The notes beneath the pieces are model-generated. The model was given only the letters and a program-made list of their open reading frames with translations, had not been told where the DNA came from and made no database searches. DNA of 28,332 nt, from the NCBI GenBank assembly GCA_038153405.1, contig JAYOYH010000022.1:1-28332 (forward strand), read 5' to 3'. Positions 17,348 through 26,700 of the stretch are shown one piece after another (position 1 is the stretch's first letter; each line of letters starts with the position of its first letter). A program made the translations under genes and the position numbers. The stretch comes from Gemmatimonadota bacterium. Lineage in GTDB: Bacteria; Latescibacterota; UBA2968; UBA8231.

Positions 17348-18325
17348 ATGAAGCGTATCGACGCCCATATCCACTACGCCGGCGACCACCAGAACGATCG
17401 CGACCTGCTCGACCGCCACGGACTCAAGCTGTTTAACATTAGCGTAGCCACGCCCGACGTCGAACGCTGGCGCGCGCGCACGGCGTGCTGGCACCGGCTG
17501 GCCGACGACGATCCAGCCCACTACGCCTGGTGCGCCAGCTTTGATCTGCCGACCTTCGACGAGCCCGACTACGCCGAGCGCTGCGTGGCCGACCTAACGC
17601 GCGACATAGCCGCCGGAGCCATCGCCTGCAAGGTCTGGAAAAACATCGGCATGGAGGTCGTAACGCCGAGCGGCGAGTTTATTATGGTCGACGACGCGCT
17701 TTTTGACCCGATCTACGATTATTTAGAAAAACAGGACATCGCGCTGCTGCTGCACATCGGCGAGCCGCTGGCCTGCTGGCAGCCGCTGGACAATCCCGAC
17801 AAGCCGCACTACGGCTACTACAAGAACAACCCCCAGTGGCACATGTACGGCAAGGCGGACTTTCCCTCGCACGGCGACATCATGGCCGCGCGCGATCGCC
17901 TCGTGGCCAAGCGCCCCGGCCTGCGCATTATCGGCGCCCACTTGGCCAGCTTGGAATGGGACGTGGACGAGGTGGCCCAGCGCCTGCGCGCCTTTCCCAA
18001 CTTTGCGGTGGACACCTCGGCGCGCATGCTCGACTTGACCTGGCAAGATACGGCCAAGGTCCGCGCGTTCTTTGCCGCCTTTCCAGAGCAAATACTCTAC
18101 GGCTCGGATATGGTGCACAACGGCTTTTCCTCCGAGTTGGACGGCCACGAGCGCCAGCGCCGCATTGAAAGCGCCGATGCGCGCTGGCAAATGGAGTTTG
18201 CCTACTACGAATCGTCCGACGTGGTCGACGTGCGCGGGCGGGCCGTGCAGGGCCTGGGCCTGAGCGGCGATCTGCTGGACAATTTCTACTACAAAAACGC
18301 CGAGCGCTGGTATCCCGGCCTCTAA
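17348..18325 (+). CDS. Amidohydrolase_2 family metallohydrolase
   Basis: IDAHIH, CKVWK, LLHIGEP, IGAHLA, VDTSAR, LYGSD, YYKNAER; GAGG RBS before ATG 17348. Confidence 0.88.
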   Translation: MKRIDAHIHYAGDHQNDRDLLDRHGLKLFNISVATPDVERWRARTACWHRLADDDPAHYAWCASFDLPTFDEPDYAERCVADLTRDIAAGAIACKVWKNIGMEVVTPSGEFIMVDDALFDPIYDYLEKQDIALLLHIGEPLACWQPLDNPDKPHYGYYKNNPQWHMYGKADFPSHGDIMAARDRLVAKRPGLRIIGAHLASLEWDVDEVAQRLRAFPNFAVDTSARMLDLTWQDTAKVRAFFAAFPEQILYGSDMVHNGFSSELDGHERQRRIESADARWQMEFAYYESSDVVDVRGRAVQGLGLSGDLLDNFYYKNAERWYPGL

Positions 18326-18342
18326 GGAAAGGACATCCTGCA

Positions 18343-19398
18343 ATGATGCAGCAACTAGCAACCCTATCGAATGCGCGGTCGCGCTCTATTAGCCCCGAAA
18401 ACTTCACCGGCGAAAAGGGTAAGGGCGGCATGGCCACCGAAGGGACGGGCGCCGACTGCGCGCGCGACTTAGGTCGGGGTTGGAAGGTATCGCCCTCCGT
18501 CGTCGTCGAGGCCGGCAGCACCTTTACCATGGCCGATATCGAGGGTCCAGGCACCATTGAGCAAATTTGGCTGACGCCGACGGGCAACTGGCGCATGAGC
18601 ATTCTGCGCATCTATTGGGACGATCTGGAGCACCCTTCGGTCGAGTGCCCCATCGGCGATTTTTTTGCCTGTGGATGGGGACAGTTTGCACAGGTCTCGT
18701 CGCTGGCCGTCTGCGTCAATCCCGGCAGCGCCTTTAACTGCTACTGGGCCATGCCCTTTGCCAAGCGCTGCCGCATGACGCTGGAAAATATCGCCGACGA
18801 TGACATGCGCCTCTATTACCAGATCAACTATGCCGAAGCGCCCGTAGCCGATAACGCCGCCTACTTTCACGCGCAGTTTCGCCGCACCAATCCGCTGCCC
18901 TACAAAGAGGTCTACACCCTCGTCGACGGCATCGAGGGCCACGGCCACTACGCCGGAACCTATATGGCATGGGGCGTAAACAACTCGGGCTGGTGGGGCG
19001 AGGGCGAGATCAAATTCTTTATGGACGGCGACGAGGAGTACCCGACGATCTGCGGCACGGGAACCGAAGACTACTTCTGTGGATCGTATAATTTCGAGAA
19101 CAAAGAGACGCGCCAGTATCAAGAGTACACCACGCCCTACGCCGGCCTGCCGCAGGTGCTGCGCCCCGACGGGGTCTATCGGTCGCAGACGCGCTTTGGC
19201 CTCTATCGCTGGCACATTACCGATCCGGTGCGCTTTAGCCAAGACCTGCGCGTGACCATTCAGGCGCTGGGCTGGCGCAGCGGCAGGCGCTACCTGCCCC
19301 TGCAGGACGACATCGCCTCAGTGGCCTACTGGTACCAGACGCTGCCCACCGCACCGTTTCCGCAGCTGCCCGACCGCGACTACCTAGAAATCATTTAA
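18343..19398 (+). CDS. DUF2961 / glycoside hydrolase family 172 protein
   Basis: SRSISPENFTGEKGKGG, GPGTIEQIW, FNCYWAMPF, GWWGEGEIKF, GTGTEDYF, YRWHITDPVRF, SVAYWYQ; no signal peptide. Confidence 0.92.
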   Translation: MMQQLATLSNARSRSISPENFTGEKGKGGMATEGTGADCARDLGRGWKVSPSVVVEAGSTFTMADIEGPGTIEQIWLTPTGNWRMSILRIYWDDLEHPSVECPIGDFFACGWGQFAQVSSLAVCVNPGSAFNCYWAMPFAKRCRMTLENIADDDMRLYYQINYAEAPVADNAAYFHAQFRRTNPLPYKEVYTLVDGIEGHGHYAGTYMAWGVNNSGWWGEGEIKFFMDGDEEYPTICGTGTEDYFCGSYNFENKETRQYQEYTTPYAGLPQVLRPDGVYRSQTRFGLYRWHITDPVRFSQDLRVTIQALGWRSGRRYLPLQDDIASVAYWYQTLPTAPFPQLPDRDYLEII

Positions 19399-19409
19399 AG
19401 GAGCATCCC

Positions 19410-20213
19410 TTGATCGGCGACGAGTTACTCGACCTAGCCTGCTTGACCTACACCGACCGCGACGTGGCCGAACGCTACCAAAAGGCGCAGCGACGGCTCG
19501 AGCGGGATATGAGCCAGTCGGCCGCCAGCATCTTTACGGCCGCGGCCGTCGGCGACGTGCCGGCAGCCGAAGCCCTGCTGCGCGAGGACCCCACGCTTGT
19601 CTCAAAGCGCGGCGGTCCCTACGACATGGAGCCGCTGCTCTACCTGTGCTATGCGCGCCTGCACAGCCCGGATCCGGCGCACGACCCGCTGGAAGCGGCC
19701 AAGCTGCTGCTGGCCAGCGGCGCCGATCCCAACGCCTATTTTTCGCATCCCTACGGCTCAATTTTTACCGCCCTGACCGGCGCGCTGGGCGAGGGCGAGC
19801 GCGGCCCGGACAACCAGCCGCCGCACCGGCAGAGCGACGAGTTGGCGCGCCTGCTGCTCGACGAGGGGGCCCATCCCAACGACGGGCAGGCGCTCTACAA
19901 CCGCATGTTTCGCCACGGCCCGGGCAACCGCTGCATCGAGCTGCTGTTATCATACGGATTAAAGGCCAGCGACCGGGCCAATTGGCATCCCGACGAAGAG
20001 GGCGGCGTCGGCATGCTCGACTTCTTACTCGAGTACGCCGTTAAACAGGGCTTTGCCGACCGCGTTGCGCTGCTGCTGGAAAACGGCGCCGACCCCAACT
20101 TTGCCGGCTTTTACGAGCCCCAAAAGACGCCCTACGCGCACGCGATGGAGCGAGGACACAAGCAGATCGCCGCCATGCTGGAGGAGGCGGGCGCCCGCGC
20201 GCCTGAAAACTAG
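19410..20213 (+). CDS. Ankyrin-repeat protein
   Basis: Repeated LLLASGADPN, LLLDEGAHPN, LLLENGADPN, TPYAHAMERGH..LEEAGA; AAGGAG RBS with TTG start. Confidence 0.85.
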   Translation: MIGDELLDLACLTYTDRDVAERYQKAQRRLERDMSQSAASIFTAAAVGDVPAAEALLREDPTLVSKRGGPYDMEPLLYLCYARLHSPDPAHDPLEAAKLLLASGADPNAYFSHPYGSIFTALTGALGEGERGPDNQPPHRQSDELARLLLDEGAHPNDGQALYNRMFRHGPGNRCIELLLSYGLKASDRANWHPDEEGGVGMLDFLLEYAVKQGFADRVALLLENGADPNFAGFYEPQKTPYAHAMERGHKQIAAMLEEAGARAPEN

Positions 20214-20216
20214 AAT

Positions 20217-21194
20217 ATGGCCGATACAGCTCTCTACAGGTGGCACTGCGTGACGGAGCATGCTCCCTTTGCGCCCCGCGACGGGGCCGGCGCGCTGGTC
20301 TACGATGGGCGCATGTGGCTGCTGGGCGGCTGGAATCCCGGCGACAAAACCCACTTTCCGCGCATCTGCAACAACGAGGTATGGTCTTCCGAGAACGGGC
20401 GCGACTGGACGCTGGTCAAGCCCAACGCGTTTCTCGACGCGCGCTTTGATCCGCACGCCGATTGGGAGGGCCGGCACACGGCCGGCTATGCCGTGCACGA
20501 CAGCCGTATGTGGATCGTCGGCGGCGACGTCAATCAGGGCCACTACCACTTCGACGTGTGGCATTCGCAGGACGGGGCGCAGTGGACGCAGGCCAATCCG
20601 CACGACCCCGTTCTCTGGGGCCCGCGCGCCCTGCACTATACGGTGGCGTTTGGCGACGCGATATGGGTTATGGGCGGACAGACCGTGCCGCAGCTGGCCG
20701 CCGAAGACGAGCGCCGCTACAGCGATGTCTGGCGCAGCGGCGACGGCGTGCACTGGCAGCAGATTGCCCGCCGCGAGCCGGCCTGGGCGCCGCGCGGCAT
20801 GATCGGCGGCAGCGCCGTCTTCCAAGACCGCATCTGGATAGTGGGCGGGGGCCTCTACGACACGCCGGCCCATCCCGGTCGCGTTTTTTACAGCGATGTG
20901 TGGAGCAGCGCCGATGGCGTCGAGTGGACGCTGCACACCCCGGCCGCGCCGTGGGCGTCGCGTCAATATCACGAAGTGGCCGTCTTTGACGACCGGCTGT
21001 GGGTATTAGAGGGATGGAACGGCGCTAACCGCAGCGACGTGTGGCATTCGCAGGACGGCACTCAGTGGCACGAACTGGAAACGCCGTGGGCGCCGCGCCA
21101 CGCCGCCAGCGTATTCGTGCACGCCGACGCGCTGTGGGTGGTGGCCGGCAACAATATGCAGAGCGACGTGTGGAAGCTGGTGCGCGAAGCATGA
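20217..21194 (+). CDS. Kelch-like beta-propeller with Asp-box (S-x-D-G-x-x-W) repeats
   Basis: Six blades with W(L/I/V)xGG-type motifs and five (D/E)VWxSx(D/N)GxxW motifs; no signal peptide. Confidence 0.8.
   Translation: MADTALYRWHCVTEHAPFAPRDGAGALVYDGRMWLLGGWNPGDKTHFPRICNNEVWSSENGRDWTLVKPNAFLDARFDPHADWEGRHTAGYAVHDSRMWIVGGDVNQGHYHFDVWHSQDGAQWTQANPHDPVLWGPRALHYTVAFGDAIWVMGGQTVPQLAAEDERRYSDVWRSGDGVHWQQIARREPAWAPRGMIGGSAVFQDRIWIVGGGLYDTPAHPGRVFYSDVWSSADGVEWTLHTPAAPWASRQYHEVAVFDDRLWVLEGWNGANRSDVWHSQDGTQWHELETPWAPRHAASVFVHADALWVVAGNNMQSDVWKLVREA
20552..21058 (+). repeat. Exact 24-nt direct repeat inside the propeller gene
   Basis: CGACGTGTGGCATTCGCAGGACGG at 20552-20575 and 21035-21058. Confidence 0.85.
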
Positions 21195-21197
21195 AAA

Positions 21198-21238
21198 ACG
21201 GGCCATCTGCCGGTTGCACTAACCGCCCGATGGCCCGT
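21198..21238. terminator. Hairpin between convergent genes (possible bidirectional terminator)
   Basis: ACGGGCCATC (21198-21207) pairs with GATGGCCCGT (21229-21238), inner CGGTT/AACCG stem; the A-run before it gives a U-tract on the minus strand. Confidence 0.6.
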
Positions 21239-21262
21239 CTGTTGCAGATCGAATCGCAGGCC

Positions 21263-22735
21263 TTAAAACGTGCTCTCTTTGGTCGTCATCGAACACCAGC
21301 GCGACGCGTTCAGGTAGTCGATCAGCGCCGCCTGCGCCTCCAGCGTGCCGATGCGCTGCAGCGCCGTGGCGCTGTGACCGCTGACGTAGCGATTGTCCGT
21401 GTCGCGCAGCGCCTCGGCCAAATCGGGCACGGCAGCGGCGGCCCGCTCGCCCAAACGCGCCAAGCCGTAGGCCGCTTCGTAGCGCGTTTGGCCGTCCGCA
21501 TCTTTGAGCAGCGTGCACAGGGCCGGCACGGCGGTATCGGAGGTGCCGCCTAGCGTGCCCAGCGCCTCGGCCGCGTTGCGCCGCACCCATTCGGAATCGT
21601 CGTTGGCCAGGGCCGCCACGCCGCGGGCCGCCTCTTCACCAGAAATAGACCCCATATCGCCCAGGGCAAAGGCGGCAAAGCCGCGGACCGGCTCCTCGCT
21701 CGAGTGCAGGGCGTCGACCAGCGTGGGCACGGCCGTTGCGCCGGTCTGCGCCAAGCCGTGCGCAGCCACTAGGCGAACTTCTTCGCGCTCATCGGACAGC
21801 GCGTCGACTAGGGCGGGCACGGCGCCGCTGCCCAGCGCGCTCATGGCATAGGCAGCGCTGGTGCGCACGGGTTCGCGCTCGTCGCGTAGCGCTGCAGCCA
21901 GATCGTCTATGGCGTCGACGGCCCCCTCGCCCTTAAAGCCCAACGCGCTGACGGCGCGCAGGCGCACGGCCGGGTCGGTGTCCCCCAATTCGGCGCGCAG
22001 CGTCGCGACCGGACGGCCGTTCCCAGCCAACAGCGCACCGCCGCCGCAGTGCCAGTCCCACAGCTTGGCCCACATGAAGTTTTCCTCTTTGTCGCTCCAC
22101 GCCCTGTCGCGACAGTTCCACGTCGGCGCCGTAGGCTCGCTCATGCGGGTGAACTGGAATTTCATCATATAGCGTGTGCGCGGAATCTGACTGGGCATGG
22201 CCCGGTGCCAAATGTCAAAATGCACCAGCGCACAGGTGCCGGCCTCGCCGGTGACCGACTGGTGCACCTCTTCGGCTTCGCTGGCGGCGCGCTGTTCAAA
22301 GCACTGCGTGCCCGGCATTACTCCAGTCGGCCCATTTTCCAGCGGCGTGTCCTGCGGATAGTAAAAGATCATTGCCCAGCGCGTGCGGTGGCTGCGCACC
22401 TTGCGAAAGCCCCAATAGCTGTCTTTGTGCCAACCGCCGCCTTCGTTGGGGCCGCGATTGACGTGGGGGTGGCGGTGCGCGTGCATGACGTAGTCCGGAC
22501 CCAGCACGCTGCTGAGAGCCCCAACAACGACTGGATCGGCAAAGACCTTGCCCAGCTCAGGCACGCGAGGTAGGACGTTGTTGCCCGGGTTGCCCTCCCT
22601 TTCAAAGACCTCTTCCGTGCGCTCGTAAATACGCTGGTGCACATCCGAGGGCAGTTCGGTCTTGAGTTTGACAAAGCCGTTGACGATGAATTCTTTCATC
22701 TGCTCGTCGCTGAGCAAGTAGGTTGGATCGACCAA
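21263..22735 (-). CDS. PhyH-family Fe/2OG dioxygenase fused to C-terminal HEAT (PBS-lyase-type) repeats
   Basis: FIVNGF, WHKD, YYPQD..NGPT, IWHRAM..R, then about six HEAT repeats (VR..AA.ALG). Start placed at TTG 22735 (GGGAGA RBS); the tracked extension to 23332 overlaps the divergent HAD gene. Confidence 0.85.
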   Translation of the reverse strand: MVDPTYLLSDEQMKEFIVNGFVKLKTELPSDVHQRIYERTEEVFEREGNPGNNVLPRVPELGKVFADPVVVGALSSVLGPDYVMHAHRHPHVNRGPNEGGGWHKDSYWGFRKVRSHRTRWAMIFYYPQDTPLENGPTGVMPGTQCFEQRAASEAEEVHQSVTGEAGTCALVHFDIWHRAMPSQIPRTRYMMKFQFTRMSEPTAPTWNCRDRAWSDKEENFMWAKLWDWHCGGGALLAGNGRPVATLRAELGDTDPAVRLRAVSALGFKGEGAVDAIDDLAAALRDEREPVRTSAAYAMSALGSGAVPALVDALSDEREEVRLVAAHGLAQTGATAVPTLVDALHSSEEPVRGFAAFALGDMGSISGEEAARGVAALANDDSEWVRRNAAEALGTLGGTSDTAVPALCTLLKDADGQTRYEAAYGLARLGERAAAAVPDLAEALRDTDNRYVSGHSATALQRIGTLEAQAALIDYLNASRWCSMTTKESTF

Positions 22736-22867
22736 AGCTATACTCTCCCGTTGGACCAATGGTTGGACTAGCCGGAGCACGGCGCACACTGTCGGGTCCG
22801 GTTCGACGCATTGCTCTGCGCAAATAAAATGTATCCCATCGACGGCGACAAGCGCGCCGCCTCCATT

Positions 22868-23716
22868 ATGCCGATATCGCCACTCTACGTATCCGATCTG
22901 GACGGCACGCTGCTGCGCCCCGACGGAACGCTGTCCGAATACAGCCGGATCCATCTCAACCGGCTCATTGCAAACGGGCTGCAGTTCAGCGTTGCGACCG
23001 CGCGCAGCACGGCTTCTATCCGCCAGATCTTGCGCGGCGTCCATCTCTCGCTGCCCGTCGTCAACCTCAACGGCGCGCTGCTTTCCGACCTGCACAGCGG
23101 CCATCACCACGCCATGCACGCGCTGCCGCCCGATCTGTGCGATCGCCTGTGTGCGTGCATGGAAGCCCGCGGTCACAGCCCCTTTGTATCGGTGACGAAC
23201 GGGCAGAGCGATCGCCTGTACTACCGAGGGATATACAACGAGGGCATGCAGTGGTTTGTCGAAGAACGCCAACGCGTTGGCGACCCGCGCCTGAAGCGAG
23301 TCGACGACGTGCACCGCGCTTTTGAAGAGCACGTCCTCGCCCTGACGGTCATCGCCCCTAGCGCGCCAGAAATCGACGCGCTGCGCGCCGACCTGCTGGC
23401 CGAATGCGCCGACTCGGTGCAGGTCTACGTCTTTCCCAACGGCTATTCGGATTTGGGCGATGTGTGGCTGACGGTCTCTGACGGGCGCGCCACCAAAGAT
23501 CGCGGCATTCGCCTGCTGGCCGAACGCGGCGGCTTTGCGCTCGACGAGCTAACCGTGTTCGGCGATGGCGAAAATGATCTGGGAATGTTCGAGATGGCGC
23601 CCAACGCCGTAGCCGTGGCCAATGCCGTGCAGCCCATACGCCAACGGGCTACAGAATGGATCGGCGACCACGGGGAGGATAGCGTCGTGAAGTATTTGCA
23701 GAAGGCATGTGCTTAG
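22868..23716 (+). CDS. Cof-type HAD-IIB hydrolase
   Basis: SDLDGTLL, VATARS, NGA, ATKDRG, FGDGENDLGMF, AVANA. Confidence 0.92.
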   Translation: MPISPLYVSDLDGTLLRPDGTLSEYSRIHLNRLIANGLQFSVATARSTASIRQILRGVHLSLPVVNLNGALLSDLHSGHHHAMHALPPDLCDRLCACMEARGHSPFVSVTNGQSDRLYYRGIYNEGMQWFVEERQRVGDPRLKRVDDVHRAFEEHVLALTVIAPSAPEIDALRADLLAECADSVQVYVFPNGYSDLGDVWLTVSDGRATKDRGIRLLAERGGFALDELTVFGDGENDLGMFEMAPNAVAVANAVQPIRQRATEWIGDHGEDSVVKYLQKACA

Positions 23717-23725
23717 CGCCGCTGC

Positions 23726-26700
23726 TTATTGCACGCCGTTGTTTAGGCCTCCCAGCGGAGACGCAATATCGCGTTCGGAAAACTTGATTTGCACTTTCAC
23801 ATAGGGTCCCCGCGCCCAGTAGGACGCGTTGGACAGTTCGCGATCTTCGCTACCGGCCAGATTATAGCCCAGCGCCAGCCGCGTATTTTTTAGCGCTATA
23901 TAACCGGCTTCTATCGCCGAGCCGTAATTTAGGTTGTCCTGTTCATACTGGTTCAGTATGCGCAGTTCGGCCAGCGTATCCCATCGCTGCGTCCACTCGT
24001 AGCGCAGGTGCGTCGACCAGAGATCTGTCAGGGCTTGTGCCTCTACGCGCCCCGTGCGCACTCTGTTTAGCTTGAAGGTATAGCGCGCATACCACTCCAA
24101 GGATGCCAGTGGTTGGACAATGGTCTCAACGGAGCCGATATGCGATGTTTTTTGCGCGTCGCCCTGCTGGCGCTGGTTGCTTTCCGACTTCAGCTCGTAC
24201 TTGAGAATGGCGTTGATCACATCGTTGCTGTAGGGGCGGTGCGCTAGGCCCAGCGACAGCTGGTGCCGGCGAATGGGCTCCATGCGCGATGTGGTGCGAT
24301 TGAGCTGAGACTCGTCCAAGAATGTGTGCTTGGCCAACATGGACCACGTGCGCGCAATGGACCAATCGCCGGCGCTGGTGATGACCATCTTATCCGTGCT
24401 GCGCCCGTCGCGCCGCTCAAAGCGCGCGCTGGCTTTGAGCGGATCGGCCGGCAAATACTGTGTGGCAATGCTGTAGGCCGTGAAGTCGTTGGCCCCCGTG
24501 CCGCGCAGCGTGCGCATGCGTTCAAAGGTGGTATCAAACGTCCACTCGTCGGTGACGCTATAGCGGTGTTTCAGTCCGACGATGGCCTGATTCTGCTCGC
24601 GGCGCAAACCCGAGTCGAGCTGATAGCGCGCATACATATTTAGGTCTTCGATCAGCGTCGATTCGATGCCCCAATTGGTGTAGCTCGACTTCCACAGGCT
24701 CTCGTCGCGGAACGCGTGTTCCACCACGAATTCCACCTGGTCGCGCAGCTTCCAGCGTCCGTTGATTCTGTTGAGCGTTGGACGGTAGTTGAGCTGCTCG
24801 TCGCCCAGCGTCTGGTCGCGCTCCACGCCCAAGCGCAGGCGCTCGTTAGCCGCCCATTCCAACCCCCCGTTGAGCGTCGTGCTATTGGCGGTGGCAGCAC
24901 CGCCCCCGCTCAGCCGCGTCGACTCAATCGACATAGTCTGCGACACCGCACCCCAATTCATCTGTCCGCTTAGCGAACCGCTGCGCCGCTCCTGACCCGT
25001 CAGGTCGCTGTCCGTCTGATAGGCCTCGCCGACCAACTTGAGGCGATCGGCAACGCGCCAGTGCAGACGACCTCGCACCTTGCGCTCGCCGGGTCGAGCC
25101 GTCGTGCTGCTCGTGTTCAGGTATCGGCCCTGCGCATCGCGGTAATACAACTCGTAGCCGGCACGGCCGCCCAGCGCTCCCTGGCCTTCGACCTTCCAAG
25201 CCCACGCATCTTCCTGGCCGCGCAGGCGCGAACGACCCACTTCGGAAGAGAGGGCCAGCGCGTCGGAAAAGCGCACTCGACCTTCGAGGCCAGCCAGCAG
25301 ATAGTCGCCGCCAGGACGCTCTTCGTTGACGGCCGTCGTGCCCAAGCCCCAGCGCTCCCCTCCATCTAGATACACGTGGGCACCGCTGACCCACTGTTCG
25401 TCAATAACCTGTTTGGTTTCATAGGTCACGACGATAAACTGGGGGTTTTCGTCGGCGTCATAGCTAGCGATAGGACGCTTGAACAAGAGCGTCGCCGCCT
25501 GGTAGTCCACGTCGTAGTCTTTGTAGCGATACTGCCGGCGCTCCTGCAGCACCTTTTCCGGATGCAGGCGATCGCGCACCTGCAGCACCACCTGCTCGCT
25601 GCCCTCGACAATTTCGAGGCGGCGCGCCTGCGCCGACAGATCGTATAAACCCGAGATGCCCTCGCCGCGTATCTGATCGACCTGGGTCGTTTGCTGCGTC
25701 TGGGCAGCGAAGGCGCGCGTGATCAGGCGCTGCGTGCGCGTCTGCGCGCTGACGCCGGTGAATACGCGCTGGTATGACGTGAGCTCGGCCTGAGAAAGGC
25801 GCGTGGCAAAGTCGCCGTACTGCAGGTAGGTCTGGTCGCGTTCCAAGCGAGCGTAGAGCTTGCTCATCGTCGGCGCTTCGTAGAAGATCGAGCTGGCATC
25901 ACCGTATATTGGATACACCTGTTCGGGGCGCAGAAAGCGAAATACCTGGCTGTCGTAATAGCGATCGGAATCGTAGGACGAGGTGAGCAGCCAGCGATCG
26001 CCTAGCGTGCCGCGAGCAAAGTAGGCCAAACGGCCGTTGGCGTAGGCGCCTTCTTCCAAGTCGGCCGCGCCGCTGCTGCCGGCGGGCGCATTTTTGTCGT
26101 TCCACCCGAGCTGACCGTCGGCCATGCCGACGATATTCCATTCCGTCTCGCGCGTGGTGAAGTACAGCGTCTGCGTATCCTCGACCGAACCTGCTCCGAC
26201 GACCAGGCGCGAAGGGCCCGGCTGCGCCGACGGACGGATGCGCAGCACTACCTGACCGTTATCGACCGCTAGCTGGGTGCCTGGCTCGTCTGGAAGCAGG
26301 TCTTCGTTAGCCAACTCGCCGCGTTCCAGCTGCACGGTTACGGCCTGGCCGGCCCCCGCGTTCTTACCCCACGCATCGCGCACGAATACGAAGACTTCGT
26401 GCTGGGCCAGCGTGTCGGCCGGAATGCGCAAGAACGCATCGTCGATCTTCACTTCTGCTACGGGGCCCGCTACGTGCACCTTGACGCTATCGGTCGCGTC
26501 GGGCATGCGCTGCTGCTGCACGACCCACAGCGAGGGCCCCAGCGGCAACTGAACGTCGGCAAAATAGGCGCGACCCGCCCCATCCGTTTGTTGGCTGGCG
26601 ACAATCTGGTCGTTGTGCAGCAGCAGCAGGGTGCTGTTGGCCGCACCCACCGCCTGCACATCGATGCGCTCCTCGACGAGCAGCCTGTCGTGGGGGGGCG

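Noticed and set aside
20025..20972. Long antisense ORFs (for example 20025..20972, 18469..19242, 17723..18361)
   Set aside because: Typical GC-rich shadow frames opposite genes with clear motifs.
22736..23332. 199-aa N-terminal extension of the PhyH-HEAT ORF in the track (689 aa)
   Set aside because: It is antisense to the well-supported HAD gene, and a TTG with an RBS at 22735 gives a normal PhyH N-terminus.
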